DNA of 64,000 nt from Tubiluchus corallicola (taxonomy: Eukaryota > Animalia > Priapulida), in contig JAQGDQ010001042.1 in the NCBI GenBank assembly GCA_030141605.1, forward strand, positions 4,182 to 68,181. Reading direction: 5' to 3'. The position numbers and the translations under genes are program-made. Each line of letters starts with the position of its first letter. The first letter of the stretch is position 1. This document shows, one piece after another, positions 1-13,389 of the stretch. The notes beneath the pieces were generated by a model. It was given only the letters and a program-made list of their open reading frames with translations. It did no database searches and was not told the origin of the DNA.

Positions 1-36
<36 letters not shown>

Positions 37-159
37 GGAGGGAGAGGGAAATAGACAGAATCAGAGAGAGAGAGAGAGAGGGAGAGACAGCGAGAGAAAG
101 AGAACTCATGAGCAACCCCAAGGTTAGGAACCCCTGAGCTAGACAGACGTCACACTTAC

Positions 160-293
160 TATCGGGTAACTTGACAATGTTGGCCCCAAGATTTCTGAAA
201 TAGGGGTGCCGCATGCCTTCTTCGGCCGACGCCCTTTTTCCAGCATCATACTGTAGTAACCTGAGCAATAGATTTAGGCCATCCGAGTCCACT
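160..293 (-). CDS. CDK17: PCTAIRE kinase exon (last in window): (R)VDSDGLNLLLRLLQYDAGKRASAEEGMRHPYFRNLGANIVKLPD; gene continues beyond base 1
   Basis: Manual translation; acceptor tttcag, donor gtaagt; phase 2 in, phase 1 out; kinase subdomain XI with HPYF..LG..I.KLPD typical of CDK16/17. Confidence 0.93.
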
Positions 294-412
294 CTGAAAT
301 AATGGAAAAAATCCATGAGGATTTTGTCTCTTACTACAGTGAAGCATTTGCACAGAGATCCAATGACACAATGTCTAATCAAGATATCAATGGACCCAAT
401 GCTTTACATTTA

Positions 413-917
413 CTATACGTGTGCTGGCATAGCAAAATAGTCCATTAAGCTTTTCTAGTTATTCACATATCCTGAATCTCCATTTCATGAGGATCATTTT
501 GATACCAAGTTCATCACTCCATGTTATTTCTAAGCTGAGATAATCTACGTTGAAGTTGAGGTACAGGCTGCACACTGACAACATAATCTTGAGAAAATCA
601 CTGTTAAAGTCAGCCATTGTTTTTCGTCACGTATCACGAGCGATGAACTTGGCATCAAAATGATCCTCGTGAAATGGAGATGTAGGATACGTGACGAAAA
701 ACAATGGCTGACTTTAACAGTGATTTTCTCAAGATTGTTTTTCAGTGTGCAGCCTGCACCTCAACTTCAACGTGGATTATCTCAGCTTAGAAATAACACA
801 GAGTGATGAACTTGGTATCAAAATGATCCTCATGAAATGGAGATTCAGGATATGTGAATAGCTAGAAACGCTTAATTGCCGACTTATGGACGTTTTTGCT
901 ATGCAAACACACATATA
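413..917. mobile_element. Fold-back (palindromic) MITE with ~220-bp arms
   Basis: About 413-635 is the near-perfect reverse complement of about 687-917. Confidence 0.8.
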
Positions 918-1039
918 TTATTCGTAATTATAAAACTAAATACTGTAGTACTAATAGTAATGAAAACGAGTTAATATCATCAATATTAAACGCTCTACCT
1001 TTATTACGAACACCAATCAAAACGACAGTTTTCCTAATG

Positions 1040-1165
1040 CAGTAAGTCCAAGCTTAACGACGCTGATGCGTTCCAGCAAAATGCGACGTTAAGCGAAACA
1101 TCGTTAAACGAAACCGAAACTTCCATAGAAAGTAATGTAAAAGAATTGAGATACGTTCCAGAGCC
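1040..1165 (+). mobile_element. Tigger/pogo-like MITE end fragment
   Basis: CAGTAAGTCC..CTTAACG terminus with repeated cgttaagcg subterminal motifs. Confidence 0.45.
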
Positions 1166-2097
1166 AAAAAACAATGCAGCTTAATTCATATAAACTAAAT
1201 GTTTCGTGATGTGCTGATTTAAACTTGTATTGCCCCCTCTTTTCTGTTATAAACTGGTTTCCTTTTAAACAGGTCATGTGACCAGTCTTTTACCTGTACA
1301 CCTACCTGTAGATTGGAGTAACTCAGGCATTCACACACTGCAGTGACAGAGTGTTTAGCGTCATTCATTGATTCGTTGTTATAATTTCATAATTACACTT
1401 ATAAAAGATCACCATGTAAGTTGATTTATTAATTTCTTAAATCTTGAACCTTTGTTTATTAAAAAGACTAGAGATTAGATTTTATAATTTGCGTAAAAGT
1501 TTGTTAAAGTTAATTAGATCAATTTGGTTTAGATTTCGCCGTAAAATTGAGCAAAATTATATAAAATTATCTTATTTCTTTTCAGTTTAAATGATACAAG
1601 CTACAGAATTATGTTGTTGGAGATTTTTTATAAGAAGGTAGCACAACACCTGCCCTTTAACCAGTCAAGATAAATGTAAAAAGATACAATGCCAGACATA
1701 ACCAATATACACCAAGACGTTGTAGAACAAATATGGCGAAACATTTCATTAGCTATATGGGACCAGTCCTATGGAGCAGACTAAGCCGCAATTCAAAATG
1801 TAGTCACTCCCTTTCAACTTTTAAAAAAACCGTCAGAAAAGAAACATTTCAAAATGTTTCGTGAGTTTTCTTCATATTTTTATGTTAATTTCCATGTTAA
1901 TTTTTACGTTAATTATGCATTAACTTATGAACGAATTTGCTATGCAAGCCCACAAATGTAATTAAGAGTTATAACTTATAATAGACCTTTAAATTGTAAA
2001 GTGTATCACAATTACTATTATTATGATATTTCTATGATTATCTATTATAATTATTATTTCTACGATACAAAACACTGACATAAAACAAGTCAACTAC

Positions 2098-2210
2098 CTA
2101 GGTGCGTGATTCACCAAAGGCTCTGGTTTGTATCTAGGAAATTTGTACGATAAAAATTCCTCGTTGCTCGCGATCTCAGCCCACAGATTTTCCGTTGGCG
2201 TTCCAAGAAC
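2098..2210 (-). CDS. CDK17: PCTAIRE kinase exon: VLGTPTENLWAEIASNEEFLSYKFPRYKPEPLVNHAP(R)
   Basis: 113 bp; acceptor ttgtag, donor gtagtt; LGTP motif and EPLVNHAPR as in CDK16/17; phases fit both neighbours. Confidence 0.95.
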
Positions 2211-2467
2211 CTACAAGGAGAAAAACTCGCTTGTTAAATGCAGTCTAACAGTCATCAGTAAAGAATGTTGATGAAAAACAAACACAAAAATGGTCGGAAC
2301 ATGTGTTAAAGAGAAATGCTTGCACACCCCACATTGTCGTAAAGCGATGACTCACTTTTAAAATCACAAGTTTTCAAAAATAGTGGTGTTGCCAAAGATG
2401 ATTCAGTGATGTCATCACCGGTGCCACCCAAGAGGGAGAATGGAGATGCTGAGCTTTGTAGACATTC

Positions 2468-2987
2468 CAGGGATGAGAATGACATATTGCAAAAAACTCT
2501 GAAACAGGTCGGGGGTTTAGGGGCCACCTAGGTCCCCAATGGGGTTCAAGGGAGCCCCCCTTGGAGCCAGGAACAAATTGCAATTTTGTGACCATAGAGA
2601 GCCTCTAAGTGGACTTAAAATATCAATTACCTTGTTTCATGCATAATTTAAAATACCCAACTATCAAGGATACATGATACTTAATTGTCTCAAAAACGCC
2701 TAAGTACTGGCTGCTCCTATGCAAAAGTATATAAAAACTGTCTGCAATTGACTCAAATAACTCCGCACAATTGATTCTATATTTTTATACATAGAGATAT
2801 ACACGTGGTTACACTGATGTACGTGATGTAAACAAAGTGATGGCCTGCCAACTAGCGGTCAGCTTGTGAAATAATGTACTGGGTCCGCAAAAATTTTCTC
2901 AACGAATTCACGCGATTTACAATAATGGCACTACTGGTCTTCCAAAAACTCGGAATTCGGCGTATCCGCGGAAAATTCTCATCCCTG
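2468..2987 (+). mobile_element. hAT-type MITE family A (TIR CAGGGATGAGAAT), copy 1
   Basis: TIRs cagggatgagaat/attctcatccctg; 8-bp TSD agacattc/aggcattc. Confidence 0.88.
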
Positions 2988-3129
2988 AGGCATTCTCTCC
3001 CGCCCACGAGATAATCTCGTAACAAGAGAAATTTCTTCATTTCACTTTACAAACAAGAAATGCAAACACTCTCAAAAATTTTTGCAAGCATGCCCTCCCG
3101 CGCCTACGAGATGATCCCTTAATAACAAT

Positions 3130-3560
3130 ATCTTCATTTCAGGTAGCAGACACAAGACTTCCAAACACCAAGGGACTAATAAACTTCGAAAATGCGTTAC
3201 TTTTTCTATATTGGTATTTTACAGTCCTGTATCAGCATTAAAAACAAAATTAAAATCACTAATATTAACCAGATATGAAATACCATCACACCAGCACGAC
3301 AACATACACACTAATTCAGAATTCATATATCCACAGCCATATTAATTAAATCATAGTTTTTTGTGCATAGTTGTAAATATGTTTGATTTTATTCGTCGTT
3401 ACTTTCCATTACTGCACAGTAGTTTAGATTGCACTGACGCATTTGCCTTTAGCAGTGTAAGTTTTTATTAACTAACACTGATTGATCATCTCTGTAAAGT
3501 TTTTATCAGTGATTATCAATGTATTTTAATGGCAAATAAAGATACTATATATATATATAC
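3130..3560 (+). mobile_element. L2/Crack-like LINE 3' end (family also at 42085, 53735 and 62590)
   Basis: Shared 3' UTR tcagcattaaaaacaaaattaaaatcactaatattaacc...ggcaaataaa. Confidence 0.75.
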
Positions 3561-3609
3561 ATTGGGCCAGAGGTTTACCATACGTTCTTATTTCAAACTG
3601 ATTTAAGAT

Positions 3610-4790
<1,181 letters not shown>

Positions 4791-4854
4791 AGGAATTAAC
4801 TCTCGTAGATTACCGGTCAACTGGTTTACATGTTGTATTTTTCTACCCCATAAA

Positions 4855-4894
<40 letters not shown>

Positions 4895-5244
4895 TTTATA
4901 GTTTAGTATAGTATAGTATTTATTTACTGCCAGTAAGTCATGTATATACATTAACACCTCCCTATTACAGTCTACTACACGGTGACAGTACGACCAACGG
5001 AGATGTACACACAAAGTAGAAATGATAAAACTACCATTATTTTAAGCTATTTGTGTTACTTTACACAAAACATGCTGCACCAAGAAGTAGGGTTAACCCT
5101 GCGCACACGATTCATATTTACGTTTAGTTTAAACTTTTAGTTTTTAAAACTGACACATGAATCCTCACCGTCACATCAGAAGCTGCTTGTGTTACTTTAC
5201 GCACAATACGCTGCTTCAAGAAGCAGGGTTGACACAGTGTAGAT

Positions 5245-5653
5245 CAGGGGTGTGCAAACTGCGGCCCGCCGAGAGATCTTGTGCGGGCCCGCGAAGAGGT
5301 TTGTCAACGTAATGAAAGTGCGGTCCACGCGATCCAGCTGAAGTCTGCACCAATATCGCGAAGATAGTGCGGGTAGTTTTTTCCTCTAGATCGGATGACA
5401 TTAACCCTTACAAGACCGTTGTCACTTAATGTCACTGTCGGACATGACGAAATTTATGGTTTTTAATAAAAATTTTAATAACTTCTAAAATAGTTTCTTG
5501 AGCGTAGTAGTAATGATGTACGCAGATCGGATGCAAAAAAAATCGTTATTAGGCCTTTCTGTACTTGGCTCCTTGATCAAACTGCCTGTGGCCTGCAGGA
5601 ATTGCGGGAAAGTTTAATGTGGCCCGGCTAGACAGATAATTTGCACACCCCTG
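5245..5653 (+). mobile_element. hAT (Buster/Charlie-like) MITE family B (TIR CAGGGGTGTGCAAA)
   Basis: 14-bp TIRs; perfect 8-bp TSD GTGTAGAT (nnnTAnnn). Confidence 0.92.
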
Positions 5654-5766
5654 GTGTAGATGATTCATATTTTGACGTAGCATTCTTACGTAAACAATTA
5701 TTTTACAAGCAGTACATACCAGGCAACTAAAAAACTATATGAAAATAAAAGCAAGATTTAAAATAC

Positions 5767-5857
5767 CTTGAAAATTAGATGGAGTTCATCTTCCACCGTA
5801 GAGCCAGGAAACATGGGCCGTCCGGCAGCCATCTCATAAAATATACAACCAACACCC
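5767..5857 (-). CDS. CDK17: PCTAIRE kinase exon: (W)[30 protein letters not shown]
   Basis: 91 bp; acceptor tttcag, donor gtattt; subdomain [17 protein letters not shown] as in CDK17. Confidence 0.96.
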
Positions 5858-5926
5858 CTGAAATAACACAAAAGCCCGTACAGAAATGAAACTCACAGTC
5901 TTGTGCCGAAGATATTTTGTTTAATG

Positions 5927-6437
5927 CAGGGATGAGAATGACAAATTGTAAAAAACTCTGAAATATGCCGGGGGTTTTGGGGCCACCTAGGCCCCTAATG
6001 GGGTTCAAGGGAAGCCCCCTTGGAGCCAGCAACAAATTGCAATTTTGTGACCATAGAGAGCCTCTAAAATATCAATTACCTTGTTTCATGCATAATTTAA
6101 AATACCCAACTATCAAGGATACATGATACCTAATTGTCTCAAAAACGCCTAAGTACGGGCCGCTCCTATGCAAAAGTATATAAAAACTGTCTGCAATTGA
6201 CTCAAATAACTCAGCACAATTGATTCAATATTTTTATACATAGAGATATACAAGTGGTTACACTGATTTACATGATGTAAACAAAGTGACGGCCTGCCAA
6301 CTAGCGGTCAGCTTGTGAAATAATGTACTGGGTCCGTAAAAACTTTTCTCAACGAATTTACGCGATTTACAAAAATGGCACTACTGGTCTTCCAAAAACT
6401 CGGAATTCCGCGTATCCGCGCAAAATTCTCATCTCTG
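5927..6437 (+). mobile_element. hAT MITE family A, copy 2
   Basis: Same TIRs and internal sequence; 70 bp from an exon acceptor. Confidence 0.88.
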
Positions 6438-7151
6438 TTTACATCTATGAAAAATGGAAACAGAACGTGCCTACTTAAAAGAAATTTTGTTTGGCTCAAC
6501 TAAACAGTAATCATAGTCTTTCTAATTATTTATTTATGTATTTTGCTGAGTGGCAAAGCTGTCACAGAGCGTGCCGCGTGACAGAAGTTAAGCTACGTTG
6601 AGACCGGTCGGTGAATGTGTTGTTACTGCCCAAGTTTTGGGAAATTTGACCCATAATATTGATTCTAGCTGTCTTCTCTCATTGGGGAGGGAAGTATCTT
6701 CTGGATGTGGCCCGATTTATCATTGATCAAAGCAAGGTTCCCATCTTACCACACACATCAAGGTTGACTAGGTTCTGCCATTGAGCGCTGAATACCAAAT
6801 TACCTTTTGCGGGTGCAAAAATATGTAAAATGGAGCCAATGACAAAAGAAATTCTTGAAAAACACATTTATTGTTAGGTGCTACAAAGCAAGGAATGAAA
6901 AAAGAGAGCGACAGATTATTACGCTCAGTGAATGGAATGAAAGAGAATTCTCCGCTAGAATACAACTAAAGCACTTAGTGGATTGGTTTTATTCAACTCA
7001 ACACGTTTTGTTTACTCTCAACTCTGTCTTGCCTACGATACAGCAGAGACGGTGTGCTGAATGAGTTCATTTTTCAACACAGTCATTAAAACCATTATCA
7101 CCTGTTAGAAAACCACGGCAAATAAGTTTTTATGCTACCATAGGAACTTAC

Positions 7152-7783
7152 TATAGGTTTTACATGTCAAATGTAGACCTGCGTTAACTCAAATGTAGAT
7201 TTAGGTAATTCAAATGTGTCTTGGTAACTCAAATGTAGATTTAGTTAATTCAAATGTGTCTTGGTAACTCAAATGTAGACTTAGGTAGTTCAAATGTGTT
7301 AACAATGGTTTTCAACAAATCTTAAGCGCTTTTGGTAAGTCAAATGTAGACACATGTCAGGTCAAATGTGACATTGGTATCTCAAATGTGGATAGGTGGT
7401 AAAGCTTAAGGATGTTAAATTTAATCTCCTTTAATCTCAATTTAATAAATGCTGTGAAAATAACAACTTTATAGGTCTACTAATAGTTCACTAATATTCC
7501 GTAAACTTTAGACACCATTGGAACTGTTAGAGAAAATAATACGTTCTTAAAATAAACAATGTTTCTTGAGAGAAACTAATTCATTAATGCAGTACTAATG
7601 CATTACTTAAAAAACTAATTAGTGATTCACTGTTCATTGGGAAGTGGGAACCGATTTATTCTTTTCTGCCGACATTTTTTGTAAAACGTTGACAAATAAA
7701 ATGTAGAATTCTATGTCTACATTTGACTTACCTAAGTCACATTTGAACTGTCCTGTGTCTACATTTGATGTGTAAAACCTATA
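7152..7783 (+). mobile_element. MITE family D (TA/TATA-flanked, TIR AGGTTTTACA..TCAAATGTAGAC, subterminal tcaaatgt repeats)
   Basis: About 27-bp TIRs; second inverted copy at 17618-18367. Confidence 0.85.
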
Positions 7784-7872
7784 GATGCGAACCAGGCAAA
7801 GAGCAATCGTTAAGTTAAACCGTGTAAAACAGGCAATCATAAGACATTAAGAAAATGCAAAATAAAGAAGGG

Positions 7873-8271
7873 TGTTGTGTTTTGTTTCTCTCGGAAGGCT
7901 CGTAGAGAAAACCAGAAAACACTTCGTCAAATTAAACTAGTTTATTAAGCGAGAATTCTACAACACAAAAGTATGAAGGAACGTGAAATGTTTACAGTAA
8001 ACGTGAAAATCTGGAAAACGTTTAAGTGTATCTGAAAATACAAGTATACAAGAGAATGTGTAAGTGGCGCCCGTGTGAATCTGTGTGTCTCAGCGGCCTG
8101 CTTCACCTTATATAGGGTGCCTGAGAAGCTTCTAGAAGTTTTGTTCCGGAACATTCTACAAGGTAAGACGATTATTCTAACGGAACATTCTACAAGGTAA
8201 GACGATTATTCTAACGGAACATTCTACAATGTTCTATTTAATTCTAATAGATGGCAGCGATCTCCAGAACA
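7873..8271 (-). mobile_element. Solo LTR (BEL/Pao-like)
   Basis: TGTT...AACA termini; 5-bp TSD AAGGG (7868-7872, 8272-8276); TATATAA at about 8108-8114 and AATAAA at 7941-7946 on the minus strand. Confidence 0.8.
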
Positions 8272-8284
8272 AAGGGTTACTTAC

Positions 8285-8405
8285 CACATGTCAATAGGCG
8301 TGGAATACTCGGTGGACCCCAGCAAAACGTCCGGTGGCCGATACCAGAGTGTGACTACCTCATTAGAATATGTTTTGGTTGGGACTGACTTAGCACGGGC
8401 TAAAC
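8285..8405 (-). CDS. CDK17: PCTAIRE kinase exon (activation loop): [40 protein letters not shown](W)
   Basis: 121 bp; acceptor tacag, donor gtaagt; inside ORF 8281-8556; diagnostic [18 protein letters not shown]-loop. Confidence 0.98.
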
Positions 8406-8903
8406 CTGTACACAAATAAATGAAATTTGATTTAGCAGTAGCTAAAACTGTACACAGATAAATTACAATTATAATATTTGACTTCTGCCGCCAACACACA
8501 TCAATTCTTGCATAGCTCATTTTCAGGTAATTTAGGACACTTTGAAGAGGGGACAATGATGCTAATTAGTGAAATAAAAGCAGCTGAAAAGCTAGAAATG
8601 AGATTGAAATGTAGAATCAATAAAAATGCAATCCAGATTTTTCTTGCAATTATAGTTTTATTGTCAGCACAGCAATTACCTTGATTAAGCAGTAGTAATT
8701 TTAAAATGCTTATAATAGCAGAAAAATCTAATCAGTCAGCATAAAGGTCTTCTTCATACAGTCATTTGCAAAAGTTTAAGACCAAGCTCGAGTTTTCGGG
8801 ATTTTCATCAGATTCTTTGTTGATTGCATCACACTTATCTTTCATGTTCCAGATAGAACATTCAAAGGGGGCGGGATGTTGCAGGTACAAATGTTTTGGT
8901 CCA

Positions 8904-10907
8904 TTACCCCTTCTCAAGGTAGTATATGCATTAGAAGCCACAATATATTAGACTGTAGTTCAACAAGCTAGACTACCCCTTCCCAAGGTAGTATATGCAT
9001 TAGAAGCCACAATATATTAGACTGTAGTTCAACAAGCTAGACTACCCCTTCCCAAGGTAGTATATGCATTAGAAGCCACAATATATTAGACTGTAGTTCA
9101 ACAAGCTAGACTACCCCTTCTCAAGGTAGTATATGCATTAGAAGCCACAATATATTAGACTGTAGTTCAACAAGCTAGACTACCCCTTCTCAAGGTAGTA
9201 TATACATTAGAAGCCACAATATATTAGACTGTAGTTCAACAAGCTAGACTACCCCTTCTCAAGGTAGTACATGCATTAGAAGCCACAATATATTAGACTG
9301 TAGTTCAACAAGCTAGACTACCCTTTCTCAAGGTGGTATATGTATTAGAAGCCACAATATATTAGACTGTAGTTCAACAAGCTAGACTACCCCTTCTCAA
9401 GGTAGTATATGCATTAGAAGCCACAATATATTAGACTGTAGTTCAACAAGCTAGACTACCCCTTCTCAAGGTAGTATATGCATTAGAAGCCACAATATAT
9501 TAGACTGTAGTTCCACAAGCTAGACTACCCCTTCCCAAGGTAGTATATGCATTAGAAGCCACAATATATTAGACTGTAGTTCCACAAGCTAGACCACCCC
9601 TTCTCAAGGTAGTACATGCATTGGAAGCCACAATATATTAGACTGTAGTTCAACAAGCTAGACTACCCCTTCTCAAGGTAGTATATGCATTAGAAGCCAC
9701 AATATATTAGACTGTAGTTCAACAAGCTAGACTACCCCTTCTCAAGGTAGTATATGCATTAGAAGCCACAATATATTAGACTGTAGTTCAACAAGCTAGA
9801 TTACCCCTTCCCAAGGTAGTATATGCATTAGAAGCCACAATATATTAGACTGTAGTTCAACAAGCTAGACTACCCCTTCCCAAGGTAGTATATGCATTAC
9901 GAGCCACAATATATTAGACTGTAGTTCAACAAGCTAGACTCCCCCTTCTCAAGGTAGTATATGCATTAGAAGCCACAATATATTAGACTGTAGTTCAACA
10001 AGCTAGACTACCCCTTCCCAAGGTAGTATATGCATTGGAAGCCACAATATATTAGACCGTAGTTCAACAAGCTAGACTACCCCTTCCCAAGGTAGTATAT
10101 GCATTGGAAGCCACAATATATTAGACTGTAGTTCAACAAGCTAGACTACCCCTTCCCAAGGTAGTATATGCATTACGAGCCACAATATATTAGACCGTAG
10201 TTCAACAAGCTAGACTACCCCTTCCCAAGGTAGTATATGCATTAGAAGCCACAATATATTAGACCGTAGTTCAACAAGCTAGACTACCCCTTCCCAAGGT
10301 AGTATATGCATTGGAAGCCACAATATATTAGACTGTAGTTCAACAAGCTAGACTACCCCTTCCCAAGGTAGTATATGCATTACGAGCCACAATATATTAG
10401 ACTGTAGTTCAACAAGCTAGACTACCCCTTCCCAAGGTAGTATATACATTAGAAGCCACAATATATTAGACTGTAGTTCAAAAAGCTAGACTACCCCTTC
10501 TCAAGGTAGTATATGCATTAGAAGCCACAAAATATTAGACTGTAGTTCAACAAGCTAGATTACCCCTTCCCAAGGTAGTATATGCATTAGAAGCCACAAT
10601 ATATTAGACTGTAGTTCAACAAGCTAGACTACCCTTTCTCAAGGTAGTATATACATTAGAAGCCACAATATATTAGACTGTAGTTCAACAAGCTAGACTA
10701 CCCCTTCCCAAGGTAGTATATACATTAGAAGCCACAATATATTAGACTGTAGTTCAACAAGCTAGACTACCCCTTCTCAAGGTAGTATATGCATTAGAAG
10801 CCACAATATATTAGACTGTAGTTCTACAAGCTAGACTACCCCTTCCCAAGGTAGTATATGCATTAGAATCCACAATATATTAGACTGTAGTTCAACAAGC
10901 TAGACTA
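8904..10907. repeat. 69-bp tandem array, about 29 copies
   Basis: Unit ctaccccttcccaaggtagtatatgcattagaagccacaatatattagactgtagttcaacaagctaga; period measured 8973 to 9042. Confidence 0.97.
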
Positions 10908-11259
10908 TTTTTTCTACTCTGACAATGTATAGGTGGAACTTGTTATGTACACACATCTCTGTTACATTTGAAATTTGTCTTATAATTATACTGCTACTTT
11001 TTACTGACATTCTGGCTTTTTCTCGACTCAATATTGGACCAACAATGTATGTATGCATTTTAGCTTTTTAGTGTAACGTAGTAATCTGTAGCACTTATTT
11101 TCTAGCACTTATTTCAGTAGTTTTGTAGATGTAGTAATTGTAGACTACAGAAAATTGTAAACAGTTTGAAACAGTACGTCTAGTGAGTATGAGCGACTCA
11201 TTTGCCTGCCGCTATCCATACAGATCGGCCGTTTTTGTATTTTTCTTGTGATCCAAAAA

Positions 11260-11892
11260 ATGGGCAAAAAATCGTCATTGAGTGAGACTCGGAGGGTTCA
11301 AATCGTGACTTTACATCAAGAAGGATATACTGAAAGGGCGATAAGTGCTAGATTACGGTTTTCCAAGACAACCGTGCACAAAGCTATCGTGAAATTCGAG
11401 ACTGATGGCACTTGCAGCGATAGGAAACGGTCTGGACGTCCGCGGAAGACTACCCAAAGAGACGACCACATCATGAGACACATGGTGGTACGCTCAGGAC
11501 GTCCGCGGAAGACTACCCAAAGAGACGACCACATCATGAGACGCTTGGTGGTACGCTCAGGACGTCTGTGGAAGACTACCCAAAGAGACGACCACATCAT
11601 GAGACACATGGTGGTACGCTCAGGACGTCCGCGGAAGACTACCCAAAGAGACGACCACATCATGAAACGCTTGGTGGTACGCTCAGGACGTCCGCGGAAG
11701 ACTACCCAAAGAGACGACCACATCATGAGACACATGGTGGTACGATCAGGATGTCTGCGGAAGACTACCCAAAGAGACGACCACATCATGAGACACATGG
11801 TGGTACGCTCAGGACGTCCGCGGAAGACTACCCAAAGAGACGACCACATCATGAGACGCATGGTGGGAATTGAGGCCAGTACAGTTTTCTAG
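11260..11892 (+). pseudogene. Tc1 transposase N-terminus (paired-like HTH) with 7 tandem 63-bp SGRPRKTTQRDDHIMRHMVVR repeats; no DDE domain
   Basis: ORF MGKKSSLSETRRVQIVTLHQEGY..IS..L..SKTTV..DRKRSGRPRKTT.RDD is a classic Tc1 N-terminus; out-of-frame KEFGLKSRKP follows. Confidence 0.85.
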
Positions 11893-12401
11893 CCGTTTGA
11901 GCAAGGAGTTTGGTCTTAAATCCAGAAAGCCATTAAAGGAAAATCGTAGCCAATCTTAAGTTACAGCTCAAAACGATCTACACCCTACAAAATATTGAAA
12001 GGAAACATGCTATTTTCTAAAGAATAATTTATGTAAAAGAACTCTTATTGCAGAAACCTCATTGCATTTTTGCGCGGTTAGTTTTCGGTGGTTAGATGGC
12101 ACAAAAATCAGGCACTGTATCTCACAGTTCAGATGTTGTTCAGTTGCGACATAGTGCACACCTCATGTTTGAGCATGGCGGTAAACTTGAACCTTATCTT
12201 TTTAAATTTGAAATATGCCATATTTTTTTGTTTCACACTGAATGTTGTACGGTAGCACTGTATACTTCAATTTTTGCTTTTGAAAATACGTGCAAAATAC
12301 TCGTGGAATGTTTTGCGCTGTTAAAAATTATGTTTAGTTGTGACATCATCAATAACTGTGCTCTCCCAACTGTTAAAATTGTTAATATCTTTTATTTAAT
12401 T

Positions 12402-12925
12402 CAGGGATGAGAATGACAAATTGCAAAAAAACTCTGAAACAGGCCGGGGGTTGGGGCCTCACCCAATGGGGTTCAAGGGGGGGGGGGGCAAAACCCCCTT
12501 GAAGCCAGTAACAAGTTACAATTATGTGGCCATAGAGAGCCTCTAAGTGGAATTAAAATATCAATTACCTTGTTTCATGCATAATTTAAAATACCCAACT
12601 ATCAAGGATACATGATACCTAATTGTCTCAAAAACACCTAAGTACTGGCCGCTCCTATGCAAAAGTATATAAAAACTGTCTGCAATTGACTCAAATAACT
12701 CCGCACAATTGATTCTATATTTTTATACATAGAGACATACACGTGATTACACTGATGTACGTAATGTAAACAAAGTGACGGCCTGCCAACTAGCGGTGAG
12801 CTTGTGAAATAATGTACTGGGTCCGTAAAAATGTTCTCAACGAATTTACGCGATTTAGAAAAATGGCACTACTGGTCTTCCAAAAACTCGGAATTCCGTG
12901 TATCCGGGGAAAATTCTCATCCCTG
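12402..12925 (+). mobile_element. hAT MITE family A, copy 3
   Basis: TIRs plus perfect 8-bp TSD ATTTAATT. Confidence 0.92.
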
Positions 12926-13073
12926 ATTTAATTACCAGAAATGCTTTGGCTTTCTTCCAGGCGCTGAAATGTATACTTTTTACCCTGTTGTTTCAAAACG
13001 GGAAAGGATGTGAAAAATCATCCTGTTTTCCTGTAAGTTTGTCGCCATTAGTGATTGTCTAGAGCAAATGTTA

Positions 13074-13247
<174 letters not shown>

Positions 13248-13389
13248 TTAACTCCATCAGGACCGCACCCCATTCAAAATAGGTTTTATAAGACCTACGA
13301 CTTTTCTGCTACTGTATGAGCCCAGACATAACTAAATGATTACAAATTAGGTGCTCTTCGATTTAAGAGAATCTCTTAAAAATAAATGT

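Larger units (their letters stand above)
8759..11935 (+). mobile_element. Tc1-like transposon 5' part (TIR, satellite insert, transposase N-terminus), 3'-truncated
   Basis: TA|CAGTCATTTGCAAAAGTTTAAGACC terminus shared with the 36349 copy; transposase HTH ORF from 11260. Confidence 0.82.

Noticed and set aside
8904-10907. CRISPR array
   Set aside because: Units are contiguous with no unique spacers, there are no cas genes, and the context is a eukaryotic intron.
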